The notes under the pieces: generated by a model
Database searches by the model: none
What the model was told of the DNA's origin: nothing
Seen by the model: the letters and a program-made list of their open reading frames with translations, nothing else
Position numbers and translations under genes: made by a program
NCBI GenBank assembly: GCA_963782445.1
Contig: CAWAJM010000001.1
Coordinates: 2,854,179 to 2,918,178, forward strand
DNA: 64,000 nt
Direction of reading: 5' to 3'
DNA from: an uncultured Gammaproteobacteria bacterium
GTDB taxonomy: Bacteria > Pseudomonadota > Gammaproteobacteria > Steroidobacterales > Rariloculaceae
Part shown: piece after piece, positions 27,761 through 39,000 of the stretch
Layout of the letters: each line of letters starts with the position of its first letter
Numbering within the stretch: position 1 is the stretch's first letter

Positions 27761-27804
27761 TTCCCGCCGTTGGCGGCAGGCCGCCGACGGCCATCGCCAT
27801 ACCA

Positions 27805-27924
27805 GGCGGAGGCTTGTGCGTAAGGGCGGTGTCGGGACGCTGAGCGCCACGGAGGGCGCTCAGCGAGCCCCCAGGGACGGGTTCACGGCGGCCCCGACAC
27901 CGCCCTTACGCACAAGCCTCCGCC
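27805..27924 (+). repeat. Nested-palindrome intergenic repeat, copy 2 (full length, same orientation as copy 1)
   Basis: GGCGGAGGCTTGTGCGTAAGGGCGGTGTCGGGAC ... GCTGAGCGCC-acggag-GGCGCTCAGC ... GCCCCGACACCGCCCTTACGCACAAGCCTCCGCC. The outer arms differ from copy 1 but remain self-complementary. Confidence 0.85.
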
Positions 27925-28035
27925 TGCCACCGACGTCTCCGCGCCGATGCCTCCGCCCGCGCCCGAAGGTTGACGCCGTCGCCGCCCCCGTCGAAGAATG
28001 CCCGAACAACGAGAACGACACCGGAAGGAAACCCA

Positions 28036-29571
28036 ATGAGACGAGCCACCCGCCGGCAGGCGATGCTATGCGCGTTAGCTGCCGTTGCCGTCGCCGGCCC
28101 GCTCGCGGCCGAAGCTGCGCCTTCGGACTGCGCTTCGCTCGCGAGCCACAAGGCCCCGGGCGCGGCGCTCGAGGTCGAAAGTGCGAAGGAAACGGCGGCC
28201 ACCGACGCGCTGCCCGCGCACTGCCTCGTGCGCGGCGCGCTCGAGCGCCGCAAGGGCGTCGGCGGCGTCGACTACGCGATCCGCTTTGCGCTTGCGCTGC
28301 CCGACGCGTGGAACGGCCGGTTCCTGTTCCAGGGCGGCGGGGGGCTCAACGGCCGCGTGCGGCCGCCCACGGGCGCGACGGCGGCCGGCGATCGGCCCGC
28401 GCTCGCCCGCGGCTTCGCCGTGGTCAGCACGGACAGTGGCCACGAAGGCGCCGTCTTCGACGGCCGCTTTCTGGCCGACCAGGAAGCCGCCCTGAATTTT
28501 CTGTATCTCAGCGTGGGCAAAGTCACGCGCGCGGCGAAAGGGCTTGTCGCGGCGTATTACGGCCGGCCGGCCGCGCACTCGTATTTCGTCGGCTGCTCGA
28601 CGGGCGGCCGCGAGGCCATGATCGCCTCCGAGCGCTATCCGGATGCGTTCGACGGCATCGTGGCCGGCTCTCCGGCCATGCGTACGGGCTACTCGAACAT
28701 CGGCATGCGCTGGGTCGAGGTCGCTATCGACGGGCTTTCGAAGCGCGACGCGCACGGCATGCCGATTCCAGGCACCGGGCTGACCGACTCGGACCGGCAG
28801 CTCATCGTCGACAAGCTCGTCGCGGAGTGCGACGCCAAGGACGGCCTTGCGGACGGCATGATCTTCAACGCGAAGGCGTGCAAATTCGATCCGGCCGAGC
28901 TCACCTGCCGCGGTGCGAACACCTCGCAGTGCCTCGCACCGGCCAAGGTGGCGGCCGTCGAGCGGGCCATGTCGGGCCCCGTGGATGCCAACGGCGACCA
29001 GGTCTATCCCGGCTACCCCTACGACACGGGCATCGCCGCGCACGGACCCGGGGTGCTGCCGGGCGTGCTGAACGGGGCCCCGAGCCCCGTCGACCCGCCC
29101 GTCCCGCCGACGCATCAGGATGTCGACAAGGAGGCCATCGCGGCCGCGACCGGCGTCGAGGCATTGGGGTATACGCGCGCCTGGACAAACTTGAGCTCAT
29201 TTTCATCTCATGGCGGTAAGCTTTTGTTTTACCATGGAATGAGCGACCCTTGGTTCTCGGCCAACGACACGATCGGGTACTACGAGCAACTCGCCGCGGA
29301 CGGCGGCGGCAGCGCGGCGATCGCAAAGTGGAGCCGGCTGTTTCTCGTGCCGGGCATGAGCCATTGCGGGGGCGGTCGCTCGCTCGATCGCTTCGACCTG
29401 CTCGGCGCCGTCGTGGACTGGGTGGAGCACGGCCGAGCGCCGGCGAGCGTGACGGCCACGGGTCCCGCCTTCCCGGGCCGCTCGCGGCCACTGTGTCCGT
29501 ACCCGGCGCATGCCGAGTACCGCGGATCGGGCGATCCGGACGACGCGGGAAATTTCGTCTGCCGGCGTTGA
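28036..29571 (+). CDS. Secreted tannase/feruloyl-esterase family hydrolase
   Basis: Part of ORF 27970..29571. The start is ATG 28036 after GGAAGGA. A signal peptide is present. Family blocks include LPDAWNGRFLFQGGGG, FAVVSTDSGH, the nucleophile motif YFVGCSTGGREAM, RYPDAFDGIVAGSPA and VPGMSHCGGG. Confidence 0.7.
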   Translation: MRRATRRQAMLCALAAVAVAGPLAAEAAPSDCASLASHKAPGAALEVESAKETAATDALPAHCLVRGALERRKGVGGVDYAIRFALALPDAWNGRFLFQGGGGLNGRVRPPTGATAAGDRPALARGFAVVSTDSGHEGAVFDGRFLADQEAALNFLYLSVGKVTRAAKGLVAAYYGRPAAHSYFVGCSTGGREAMIASERYPDAFDGIVAGSPAMRTGYSNIGMRWVEVAIDGLSKRDAHGMPIPGTGLTDSDRQLIVDKLVAECDAKDGLADGMIFNAKACKFDPAELTCRGANTSQCLAPAKVAAVERAMSGPVDANGDQVYPGYPYDTGIAAHGPGVLPGVLNGAPSPVDPPVPPTHQDVDKEAIAAATGVEALGYTRAWTNLSSFSSHGGKLLFYHGMSDPWFSANDTIGYYEQLAADGGGSAAIAKWSRLFLVPGMSHCGGGRSLDRFDLLGAVVDWVEHGRAPASVTATGPAFPGRSRPLCPYPAHAEYRGSGDPDDAGNFVCRR

Positions 29572-29617
29572 GCTAGAATGCTTCCCGTCCCGGCCGTTCG
29601 CCGAGGCGGGAGGCCAC

Positions 29618-31429
29618 ATGCCTGCGCCGAGCGTTCACGTCGTCTTCGCGATCGTTCTGTGCGTCGCGGCCATCGCTCTGTTCATGCGCGACGAGGTGCC
29701 CGTCGAATCGACGGCGCTGCTGGTCCTCACCGTCATCCTCGTTTGGTTCCAGGCCTTCGCCATCGAGGCGAACGGCCGGCGCATCGGCGCTACGGATTTC
29801 TTCGGCGCCTTCGGCGACGAGGCCGTCGTCACGATCACCGTCCTGCTCGTGTTGGCTCGCGGGCTCGAAACCACGGGCGCGCTCCAGTCCGTCGGCCAGG
29901 TCCTGGCGGGTCTATGGCGGCGCCGCCCGCGCCTCGCGCTGCTCTCGACGCTGCTGATCGTTTTTGCGATCAGCATGTTCTTGAACAACACGCCCGTGGT
30001 CGCGGCCGTGCTGCCGCTGCTCGTCGCCGTCTCGCTCGAGGCGCGCACGTCGCCGTCGAGCGTGCTCATGCCCGCGGGCTTTGCGACGATCATCGGCGGC
30101 ATGGCCACGCCGATCGGCACGTCGACCAATCTGCTCGTCATAGGCGTCGCGGGCAGCCTCGGCCAGAGAGAATTCGGCATGTTCGATTTCGCGCTGCCCG
30201 TCCTCGTCGTGGGCGGCATCGCGATCCTGTATCTGTGGCTCGTCGCGCCTCGCCTGCTGCCGGCGCGCGCGCCGCCCATGACCGACGTGGCCCCGCGCAT
30301 CTTCGATTCCGTGCTGCGCATCGACGAGGGCAGCTACGCGGCGGGCCGGCCGCTGTCCGAGGTCCTGGCCCGCACGCGCGGCCGCCTGCGCGTGGAGCGC
30401 ATCACGCGCGGTGCGTTGACGCTGTCGAAGCTGCCCTCGGTCATGATCAAGGCCGGGGACCGCCTGCACGTGCGGGATACGCCCGTGCGCCTCAAGCAAT
30501 TCGAGCGCGAGCTCGGCGCGACGCTCATGACCGGCGAGTCCGGCAACGACCGCGGCCTCGGAAGCTCGCAGCACCTGGCCGAGGTCGTCGTGACCCCGCG
30601 CTCGATACTCGATCGCGCGAGCCTCGAGTCGACCCCGCTGCTTTCGGCCTATGAGCTCCTGCCCGTGGCGCTGCATCGGCCGGGCCGGCTCGCGGCCGAG
30701 ACGGCGCAGGAGGACGTGGCCCGCACGCAGCTCGACGCCGGCGACGTCGTGCTCGTGCAGGGCGACGACGCGGCTCTCGATCGCCTGAAACGCTCGGGGC
30801 AGGTGCTCGTGCTCGACGGGCGCTTCGCGCTGCCGCGCAAAGCCAAGGCGCCCGTCGCCGCGGCAATCATGGCGGGCGTGGTCGCCTTCACGGCCGTCGG
30901 GGCGCTGCGCATCTCGATCGCCGCGTTCCTCGGGCTCGCGCTGATGCTCGCGACGCGCTGCATGAGCTGGCGCGAGGTCCTGGCCGCCATCGATCGACGC
31001 ATCATCCTCGTCATCGTCGCGAGCCTCGCGCTCGGCACCACGCTGACGGTCACGGGCGCGACGCAGTACCTCGCGATGCTCTTCGTCGCCGTGGCCGGCT
31101 CGCTGCCGATCCCTCTCGTGCTTTCGAGCTTCCTGCTGCTCATAGCGCTGCTGACCGAGATCGCGACGAACAATGCCATCGCGGTGCTCGGCACGCCGAT
31201 CGCGATCAGCGTTGCGCAGCAGCTCGGCGCGCCCGCCGAGCCGTTCGTGCTTGCCGTGCTCTACGGCGCGAACATGAGCTACATGACCCCCTTCGGCTAC
31301 CAGACGAATCTGCTGGTCATGAGCGCAGGGGGCTATCGATTCTCGGATTTCCTGCGCGTCGGCATCCCGCTGCAGATCATCATGTGGCTCGGAATGTCGA
31401 TCGTGCTGCCGCTGCGTTATGGGCTGTAG
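29618..31429 (+). CDS. SLC13/DASS-family anion permease with central TrkA-C domains
   Basis: Part of ORF 29510..31429. The start is ATG 29618 after GGGAGG. It has polytopic N- and C-terminal halves (FLNNTPVVAAVLPLL and IATNNAIAVLGTPIA hairpin motifs) flanking two soluble TrkA-C-like segments. Confidence 0.75.
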   Translation: MPAPSVHVVFAIVLCVAAIALFMRDEVPVESTALLVLTVILVWFQAFAIEANGRRIGATDFFGAFGDEAVVTITVLLVLARGLETTGALQSVGQVLAGLWRRRPRLALLSTLLIVFAISMFLNNTPVVAAVLPLLVAVSLEARTSPSSVLMPAGFATIIGGMATPIGTSTNLLVIGVAGSLGQREFGMFDFALPVLVVGGIAILYLWLVAPRLLPARAPPMTDVAPRIFDSVLRIDEGSYAAGRPLSEVLARTRGRLRVERITRGALTLSKLPSVMIKAGDRLHVRDTPVRLKQFERELGATLMTGESGNDRGLGSSQHLAEVVVTPRSILDRASLESTPLLSAYELLPVALHRPGRLAAETAQEDVARTQLDAGDVVLVQGDDAALDRLKRSGQVLVLDGRFALPRKAKAPVAAAIMAGVVAFTAVGALRISIAAFLGLALMLATRCMSWREVLAAIDRRIILVIVASLALGTTLTVTGATQYLAMLFVAVAGSLPIPLVLSSFLLLIALLTEIATNNAIAVLGTPIAISVAQQLGAPAEPFVLAVLYGANMSYMTPFGYQTNLLVMSAGGYRFSDFLRVGIPLQIIMWLGMSIVLPLRYGL

Positions 31430-31483
31430 CAGACTGTCGAAAAGCGCGCCGCCAGAGGCCCTTTTTCAACAGCCTGCTCGCGC

Positions 31484-32716
31484 TCAAAAGCTCAGCTGGC
31501 ATTGGAGCATCAGCAGCCGTTCGCCGGGCCGGTTCGCGCCGCTCGCCGCGCCGCCCCGGAACCGCGTGCGCTGATAGGCGGCCGAGCCCCGGAGCCAGGG
31601 CAGCGGAAACCAATTGACGCCGACAGCTTCCGTGCGCGCCCGGCTCACGGCGACGGCCGGATCGGCAAAGGAGGCGGCGGCGCCAGCGAAGGCTCGGTCG
31701 TCGGCGGCGAAGGTCGAGAGCCTGGCCGCGATCTGGACCGCTCCGCGGCCGCCAGCCGGGCCTGCGAGGCCGGCAGGCTCGCCCGTAACGAACCATTCGC
31801 CCGTGATCTCCCAGGCGTCGTGCGAAAGCGCCGCGCCGCGGCTCAGGTTCGCAACGACGGCATGCACGTCCTCGCGCACGCGCACCCATTCGGCCATGAC
31901 TCCCGCCGGCCCCTTGAACCAATACAGCTGCGGCACGACCTGCACCCGCCTGCCCGCCGCGAAGCTGCCGGCCGAGCCGCTTCGATAGTCGAACAAGGTG
32001 ACGTGCCCCGGGCTGCGGTAGGCCGGCAACAGCGGCACCGTCGCCGAACCGCTGAGGCTCGCGCGAGTCAGGCCGAGCCCGAGACCCAGCGTGCCGCCGG
32101 CCCGTCCTTCGAGCGGCCGTGCAAGGAGCCGCAGGGCCAGCTCGGCGTTGCCGTCCTCGGGGCCCTGGCCCCCGCGCCCGTCATGAATGCCGTCGAAGGC
32201 CGTGAGCGCCCAGCTGAACCGGCGGCGCCCGCCCGTGAGCCGCAGGCCCAGGTCGCGCTGCGGCAGCAGCTCGTTGACGATCGAACGCTCGACGAGCACG
32301 AGCTCGCTCGAGGGCTGAGAGCCCTCGAGCCCGACGGAAGGCTTGAACTCACCGGCACGCAGTGCGAGGCCGCGCGCAAGCCGCGTTTCGACGTAAGCGC
32401 CGATGATCCGGGCGCCGCCGCTATCGACGTTGGGCGTGATCCGAAAGGCCGTCCGGCGGCCGAGCCGGCCCTCGAGAATCGGGCGCGCTCGGCGCACGAG
32501 CCACTCGTTCATGGGCCGCCCGGCCGCGTCGCTCGTAAACAGGCGGCCGTCGAGCTGCAGCAGGCCGCGCAGGCGCAGCTGCCACATCCCGTCCGCAGAG
32601 GTCAGCACGAGCCCGGCCGGCCGCGTGTCGGCGCCGGGCTCCGCGGCAACGGCGGCGCGCAGGAGCAGGCCGGCCGCGGCCAAGACGGCAAACCCCGCCA
32701 TGCAATGGATCTTCAC
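31484..32716 (-). CDS. Phosphate-selective porin O/P family outer-membrane protein
   Basis: ORF 31484..32932. The start is GTG 32716 or ATG 32701. A signal peptide is present. It has alternating beta-strand patterns, WQLRLRGLLQLDGR and VRRARPILEGRLGRRTAFRITPN, and a C-terminal LQCQLSF ending in Phe. Confidence 0.55.
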   Translation of the reverse strand: MKIHCMAGFAVLAAAGLLLRAAVAAEPGADTRPAGLVLTSADGMWQLRLRGLLQLDGRLFTSDAAGRPMNEWLVRRARPILEGRLGRRTAFRITPNVDSGGARIIGAYVETRLARGLALRAGEFKPSVGLEGSQPSSELVLVERSIVNELLPQRDLGLRLTGGRRRFSWALTAFDGIHDGRGGQGPEDGNAELALRLLARPLEGRAGGTLGLGLGLTRASLSGSATVPLLPAYRSPGHVTLFDYRSGSAGSFAAGRRVQVVPQLYWFKGPAGVMAEWVRVREDVHAVVANLSRGAALSHDAWEITGEWFVTGEPAGLAGPAGGRGAVQIAARLSTFAADDRAFAGAAASFADPAVAVSRARTEAVGVNWFPLPWLRGSAAYQRTRFRGGAASGANRPGERLLMLQCQLSF

Positions 32717-32819
32717 GGCGTCTTGCACCGCCCCATAGAAAAGGGGGCCAGAGCACGGCCCTGACCCCCGATTGCTTCGATGCTCGAAAAAGGGCTCTGA
32801 CCCCTTTTTTCCTTTTTTC

Positions 32820-35108
32820 TTAGACCGTGAAGCCCTCGTTCTTGAACGGCATCGTCCTGATCCGGTGCCCCGTCGCCGCGAAGATCGCGTTGGCGATGGC
32901 CGGCGCCGAAGGCGGCAAGGCCGGCTCGCCACAGCCCGTCGGCGAGAAGTCGGACTGGATGAAGTGCACGTCCACGACGGGCGCGTTCTTCATGCGCAGG
33001 ATCGGGTACCGATCGAAGTTGCTCTGCTGCACGCGGCCCCCCTCGAACGTGATTTCGAGGCCCATGGCCGTGCTGAAGCCGTCGATGGCCGCACCCTGGC
33101 ACTGGTTCTCCGCGCCGCTCATATTCACGACGGGGCCGATGTCGGCCGCGACCGTGATCCGGTGCACCGTGATCTTGCGGTTCTCGTCGACGCTCACGTC
33201 CGCGACTTCGGCGAAATGCCCGAGATGGCTGAAATGGAACGCGAGGCCCAAGCCGCGGCCTTTCGGCATCGACTTACCCCAGCCCGCCTTCTCGGTCGCG
33301 AGCTTGATGACGTCGCGCGCCCGGCCCGTGTTCAGCGCCCGCGGGTCGCCCTGTTTGAGCCAGCGCGGCTCGCCCATGACGTCGAGCAGGAAGTCCCGGT
33401 GGTCGCGCCCGGCCGCCGCCGCGCACTCCGCGATGAAGCTCTGCACGGCGAACGCGATGACGTTCGAGCCCGGGGCGCGCCACGGCCCCGTGGGCACCAT
33501 GGTCGGGATCATCGACTGGCCGATGCGCGTGTTCTCGAGCACGCTGGCCGGAAACTCCTTCGGCGAGAGCGTCGCAGCGCTGACGGGCTTGCCGTGGCGG
33601 CCGAAAGTGATGAAGTGGTCCTCCCAAGCCGAGAGCTTGCCGCTCGCGTCCACGGCGCCTCGGAACGAATGGAAGCCGCCCGGGCGGTAGAAATCCCAAT
33701 GCATGTCGTCCTCGCGCATCCACTGCGCCTTGACGGGCTTACCGACCTTGCGCGAGATGGCCACGACCTCGACGACGCTGTCGTTGCCGAGACGCCGACC
33801 GAAGCCGCCGCCGCCGCGCAGCTGGTGCAGCGTGACGCGGTCCTCGGCGACGCCGAGGTACTTGGCGGCCGCCTGCACCGCAGCCTGCGGCGTCTGCGTC
33901 GGCGCCCAGATCTCGCAACTGCCGTCGTTCTTTACCCAGGCCGTGCAGTTTTGCGGCTCGAGGTCCGCGTGCGAGGCGAATTGATACGTATAAAAGCCTT
34001 CGGCCGTCTTGTGCGCGTCGGCGAAGGCCTTCTCGACGTTACCCGTCTCGCCGAGCATCGCCTGCGGCTTGGCCTTGGCCATGCGCTTCGCCTCGCCCAT
34101 GGCGCGGGACCAGCTATCCTTCGAGGCGTCGCTCTCGTCCCACTGGACCTCGAGCTGCTTCTTGGCCTGGAACGCGTTCCACGTCGAGTCCGCGACGATC
34201 GCGACGCCCGAATTCAGCGCATCCGAGTTCGGCCCGAACTCGAGCGGATCGCCGCGGCCCTCGAGCACGAACGCGTCGTGCACGCCGCGCAGCTTGCGCA
34301 CGTCATCGAGATTGGCCGACTTGACCTTGGCGCCGAACGCCGGGGCCTTGAGGTAGGTCGCGTAAATGAGCCCGGGCGGCCGCTGGTCGATGCCGTACAT
34401 CGGCTGGCCCGTGACGATCTTGATGTTGTCGACGCCCGTGACGCGTTTGCCGAGCAGCTTGTAGTCGCTGCGGTCCTTGAGCTTCAGCGACTTCGGGTCC
34501 GGCACCGGAAGCTTCGCGGCCGCGTCGGCGAGCTCGCCATAACTGATGCTGCGGTTCGTTTCCGCATGCATGACTCGGCTCGCCTCGGTCGAAAGCTCGG
34601 TGGGGTTCACGCCCCACTGCTTGGCCGCAGCGGCGACGAGCATGGCGCGGCCGACGGCGCCGGCCTGGCGCAGCGTGTCCCAGTTCATGGGCACGGAGGT
34701 CGAGCCGCCCGCGAACTGCGGGCCGTAGAGCTTCTGATCGATGATCGACTGCTCGACGTGCACGTCTTTCCAATCGGCGTCGAGCTCCTCGGCGATGATC
34801 ATGGGCAGCGCCGTCTTGACGCCCTGGCCCACGTCCGGATTCTTGGCGTAGAGCACGATGCGGCCCGTCGGCGCGATCTGGATGTAGGCGTTCGGCTTGA
34901 ACTCCTCCTCGCCGCTCTGCTGCGCATCGACGCGAGAGCAGCCACCGAGCGCGAAGCCGATCACGAGCCCGCCGCCGACGAAGCCCGTGGCCTTCATGAA
35001 GTGCCGCCGGCTCAGCGCGGGCGCAGCGGCGAGCGCGGCCAGCCGCTTCTGCAGATAGTCCGGAAGATAGGGGTCCGTGAGGTCCTTGATCTGGTCGGTG
35101 CTCATCAC
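32820..35108 (-). CDS. Molybdopterin-binding subunit of an aldehyde oxidase/xanthine dehydrogenase-family oxidoreductase (IorB-like), Tat-exported
   Basis: The protein is 762 aa. The twin-arginine signal is [25 protein letters not shown]. Family blocks include [29 protein letters not shown] and [13 protein letters not shown]. It overlaps the small subunit stop by 4 nt. Confidence 0.8.
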   Translation of the reverse strand: MMSTDQIKDLTDPYLPDYLQKRLAALAAAPALSRRHFMKATGFVGGGLVIGFALGGCSRVDAQQSGEEEFKPNAYIQIAPTGRIVLYAKNPDVGQGVKTALPMIIAEELDADWKDVHVEQSIIDQKLYGPQFAGGSTSVPMNWDTLRQAGAVGRAMLVAAAAKQWGVNPTELSTEASRVMHAETNRSISYGELADAAAKLPVPDPKSLKLKDRSDYKLLGKRVTGVDNIKIVTGQPMYGIDQRPPGLIYATYLKAPAFGAKVKSANLDDVRKLRGVHDAFVLEGRGDPLEFGPNSDALNSGVAIVADSTWNAFQAKKQLEVQWDESDASKDSWSRAMGEAKRMAKAKPQAMLGETGNVEKAFADAHKTAEGFYTYQFASHADLEPQNCTAWVKNDGSCEIWAPTQTPQAAVQAAAKYLGVAEDRVTLHQLRGGGGFGRRLGNDSVVEVVAISRKVGKPVKAQWMREDDMHWDFYRPGGFHSFRGAVDASGKLSAWEDHFITFGRHGKPVSAATLSPKEFPASVLENTRIGQSMIPTMVPTGPWRAPGSNVIAFAVQSFIAECAAAAGRDHRDFLLDVMGEPRWLKQGDPRALNTGRARDVIKLATEKAGWGKSMPKGRGLGLAFHFSHLGHFAEVADVSVDENRKITVHRITVAADIGPVVNMSGAENQCQGAAIDGFSTAMGLEITFEGGRVQQSNFDRYPILRMKNAPVVDVHFIQSDFSPTGCGEPALPPSAPAIANAIFAATGHRIRTMPFKNEGFTV

Positions 35109-35581
35109 AGGCCCTCCGTCTTCTCGGCCTGACCGGCGGCGACATGGATCGCGCGGCGGATGCGGTTGTACGTGGCACAGCGGCAGATGTGCCGCGACAT
35201 CGCACTATCGATGTCTGCGTCCGTCGGTTTCGGCGTACGCTCGAGCAGTGCGACGGCGCTCATGATCTGTCCCGCCTGGCAGTAGCCGCATTGCGGGACG
35301 TCCTCGGAGATCCAGGCCTCCTGGATGGGATGCAGCTTGCCGTCCTGCGCAACGCCCTCGATCGTCGTGATGCGCATGCCGGCCGCCGCCTGCAGCGTGA
35401 GCTGGCAGGACTGGATGGGCTGGCCGTCGAGATGAACCGTGCAGGCGCTGCACTGGCCGATGCCGCAGCCGTACTTGGTGCCGATCAGGCCCAGTGTGTC
35501 GCGCAACACCCAAAGCAGCGGCGTCGACGGGTCGACGGTGTCGTCGATGTCGTACGACCGACCGTTGACGTTCAATTGCAT
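35105..35581 (-). CDS. (2Fe-2S)-binding small subunit of the IorAB-like oxidoreductase
   Basis: Part of ORF 35105..35632. The start is ATG 35581. It reads [10 protein letters not shown]...[32 protein letters not shown] and [11 protein letters not shown]...[10 protein letters not shown]. Confidence 0.85.
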   Translation of the reverse strand: MQLNVNGRSYDIDDTVDPSTPLLWVLRDTLGLIGTKYGCGIGQCSACTVHLDGQPIQSCQLTLQAAAGMRITTIEGVAQDGKLHPIQEAWISEDVPQCGYCQAGQIMSAVALLERTPKPTDADIDSAMSRHICRCATYNRIRRAIHVAAGQAEKTEGL

Positions 35582-35670
35582 GGATCTCTCCCCGTGGATC
35601 GTTCTGACGAGATTACCCCAAGTCTCGGCCAATTCCGGGTGGGAAGCAACCGGGCCCGGGGCCTCCGGCG

Positions 35671-35718
35671 CCCCGGCCCCGCTGGTGTCGGCGGCCCCGG
35701 CCCCGCTGGTGTCGGCGG
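35671..35718. repeat. Perfect 2 x 24-bp direct tandem repeat in an intergenic region
   Basis: CCCCGGCCCCGCTGGTGTCGGCGG occurs twice back to back, between the IorA-like start and the DUF167 gene end. Confidence 0.7.
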
Positions 35719-35765
35719 CCCCGGCGCCTGGCCGGCCGTCGAGGCCGCATGCCGCGCAACGGCCG

Positions 35766-36035
35766 CTAGGGCCGTCCGAAGACCCGATCGAGATCGGCCT
35801 GCTCGAGCCCTGCGAATTCGACGAGCTTGAGCGTCGAGGTGTGCCCGGTCACGACCCGGACGGCGCGGCGCGGCCGGCCCACGCGCTCGGCCAGAAGCGC
35901 CTCGAGCGCGGCATTGGCCCGGCCGCCTTCGGGCGGCGCCGTGATACGGACCCTGAGTCGGCCGGCCGTCCAGCCGACGACCTGGTCCCCGGCAGCGCGC
36001 GCCGTGACTTTGACCGAAAGCCGTGCTCCGCCCAT
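35766..36035 (-). CDS. DUF167 (YggU-like) small protein
   Basis: The protein is 89 aa. It reads [46 protein letters not shown]......[15 protein letters not shown], the typical DUF167 pattern. Confidence 0.65.
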   Translation of the reverse strand: MGGARLSVKVTARAAGDQVVGWTAGRLRVRITAPPEGGRANAALEALLAERVGRPRRAVRVVTGHTSTLKLVEFAGLEQADLDRVFGRP

Positions 36036-36091
36036 GTGCCTGCCCTACCCGCGAGACTCGGCGGGCCGGGCCCGAGCCGGCGACCGTCGAG

Positions 36092-39000
36092 CTACATCTT
36101 GACCGTCAAGCCGATATAGTAGCTCCGTCCGACCTGGTCGTAGTTGCTGTTCGTCGAGCCGATGGCGTTGTTCGTCGACGTGGCCCCGACCCACTCCGGG
36201 TCCGCGTTCAGCAGGTTCTGGATGCCGCCGCGCAGCTGATAACGGTCGCCGAAGCTCCAGTTTCCGTAGACATCGAACTGGTCGTGGGAATCGACGGGAC
36301 GGGTATCGGCGGCCGCGCCCGGCGCCGGGTTCAACGAAGGCAGATGCTCCCAGCGCAGCCCTACGAGGAACGGCCCGTTGCTGTAGCTGAAATTCGAGAG
36401 GAAGCGGGTGTCGAACGAGGAATTCGTGGTCGTTCCGGTGTAGTCGATGAAGTCGGCCCCCGGGAACGGCGACTCCGCGTACTTGTTCAGATGGCTCGCC
36501 TGGACGCTGATATTGAGCAGGCCCGGAATCCTCTGGAACCCGACATCCGAGAAATTGATGCCCCAGTCCAGCTGAAAATCGATGCCCTCGGACGTAATGC
36601 CGCCCTGATTGATGTACTGGGCGCTGTACTTGCGGTCGGCGCCGTAATTGCCGGGCGTAAGCGGCGCTCCCCCGACGTACTCACGCTGAATCAAATCGCA
36701 GAACGGATTGCCCGCCGCCAGCTCCGCGCCCGTATGCGAACCCGGCGCGTCGCCGATCAGCGCGTTGTACTTGGGATCGAGGCACTGCTGGTAGATCGTG
36801 TCGTGCCCCGGCGTGCCGATCGCGTTCGTGAGCTTGATCTGGTACCAGTCGAGAGAAAGCGTAATGTTGCTGAACGTGGGCTTGGCGAACTTCGGCGTCA
36901 GCACGACGCCCCAGGTATAAGTATCGGCCTTTTCCGATTCGAGGTCGGGGTTGCCTTCGGTCACGCCGATCACAAACGGGAAATAGGTCGTGCCGCCGAA
37001 GACGTTGTAGGCGTAGCTGTCGGCGCTCGGCGTGCCGGGCACGTAGAGCGAGGCCGGCGCGCCCTCGCGCGTCATGAGGTACTGGCACAGCGTCTGCACG
37101 TTCAACCGGTTCGGGTTCTCGGGCCGGTTTCCCCAGGACTGCGTACCGGAGGGATAGTAGGCGCAGGCGTCCGTGCCGCCCGCGAGAGTGCTGCCGCCCC
37201 TCGGCGTAAACAGCTCCGTCACGTTCGGCGCGCGGTTCGCGAGTTGATAGCCGCCGCGGAACCGCAGCCAGCCGTTCACGCTCCAGTCACCCAACAGCTT
37301 GTAAGTCGAGACCTTGCCGACCGTGTCGTAGTCCGAATAGCGCACGCCGGGATCGAGCTCGAGCGACTGGGCGAACTTCTTGTCCTTCACGAGCGGAATC
37401 GCGAGCTCGCCGTAGACCTCCTTGACGTCCGTCGTGCCGTCGACGGAGACAGGCAGGATCACGTTCTGGATGACGTTGGGATAATCCTGGTTCGCGTTGT
37501 AGCCGGAATCGGGGTCGAATGCGAAATGCTCGCGACGGTAGTCGGTGCCGAGCGCGAACTGCAACGGTCCCGCGGGCATTTTGACGACCGTGCCCGTCAC
37601 GTCGCCCTCGACGATGTCCTGCTGCAGCGCCGTAATCGAGTTCATGCGCAGGACGACGTAGTCGGCGCAGTCCTTCGATACGGACGGCGTGTTGTTGACG
37701 CTGCCGTCGGGATTGAAGATCGGCAGACCGGAGGTGCAATGACCCGTCACGGCGATGGGCACGTAGCCCGGCAGGCTCGAGATATCGAAGTTCACGCCGT
37801 ACTGGTCGGCGTTGAACAGGTTCTGAAGCCTAGGCAGATAGGGAAAGCCTTCCGGCTGGCGCGCATTCACGGTCGTGTTGCCGTGCGAGGCGTAGACCGT
37901 CCAGTTCCACGGGTTGTTCCCGACCGTGAAGTCGCTCTCGAGGCCGCCGACGATCTGGTAGACGTTGCTCGTCGTCTCCGTCCTGAAATTCGGCAGGTAG
38001 TCGAGGCCGCCGACATAGGTCCAAGGGGCATCCGGATTCGGCCGCGAATCGAGCAGCGCGGCGAGTTGGGCGGGCACCGGGTGCTGGGCCGTACCGGCCG
38101 GCGCCATACCGAAGGTCGGCGAGTTCGGGTCGTCGTAGAGGTGGTTGTACGGAATCGTCGGCGACCAGACGTTGAACGCGCTCGAGACGAATCCCGACGA
38201 CGTTACGAACGACTCGGTGTAGTTCAGCTGCGAGAAGACGTTGATCTTGTCCGTGATGGCGATTTGCCCCGAGCCGAACAGCGAGTAGCGCTGGAGCGGC
38301 AGCTGCAGATAGCTGTGCGCGGCATCGTTGTAGCCGAGCGTCCCGTCCGGATTGACCTTGAAGCCCGAGCTGCCCCCGAGCGGACCCGTGTAGGGATGGG
38401 CGGCATTCATCGGGTCGGAGGAATCGAACACGGCGCCGTTCTGATCGATGACGTAGGTCGAGCCCTTGAGCGGAAAACCGGCCGCGGGCGCGTTGAAGGC
38501 ACTCGGAGTGAATTGCGAAAGATTCGAGCTGCCGATGGAGCCGCCCATGGTCCCGGGATCGTTCCAGCCGCGCACGACCCAATCGCGGTTCTTCGAAAGG
38601 ATGATTCCGCGCTTGCTGTACTCTGCGCCGAGCATGACGTTGCCGCGGCCGTCGCCGAAGGCCGCCCCCAACAAGCCGCTGACGGACGTCTCCTGGCCGT
38701 CGCCCTCTTGGCTGATCCCGGACTGAGCGGTGACGTTGAGGCCTTCGAAATTCTTCTTGAGGATGAAGTTCACGACGCCGGCGATGGCATCGGCGCCGTA
38801 GACCGCCGCGGCGCCGCCCGTGATGACCTCGACGCGGTCGATGGCGGCGGACGGAATGGTGTTGAGGTCGACGACGAGCTGGCCGTTGATGGGCTGCATG
38901 CGCCGCCCGTTGACGAGGACGAGGCTGCGGTTCAGGCCGAGGCCGCGCAGGTTGATCGTGGCCGCGCCCGGCGCGGCGCCGGCCTGCGGGAACGGCGTAG

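Noticed and set aside
35671-35718. Direct repeats as a possible CRISPR array
   Set aside because: There are only two contiguous 24-bp units with no spacers and no cas genes. This is a simple tandem duplication.
36092-36100. The TonB-dependent receptor ends in ...GLTVKM rather than the usual C-terminal aromatic residue
   Set aside because: This is a curiosity only. The stop codon is unambiguous and the preceding strands look like a normal terminal beta-strand. A single non-canonical terminal residue is not enough to claim a defect.
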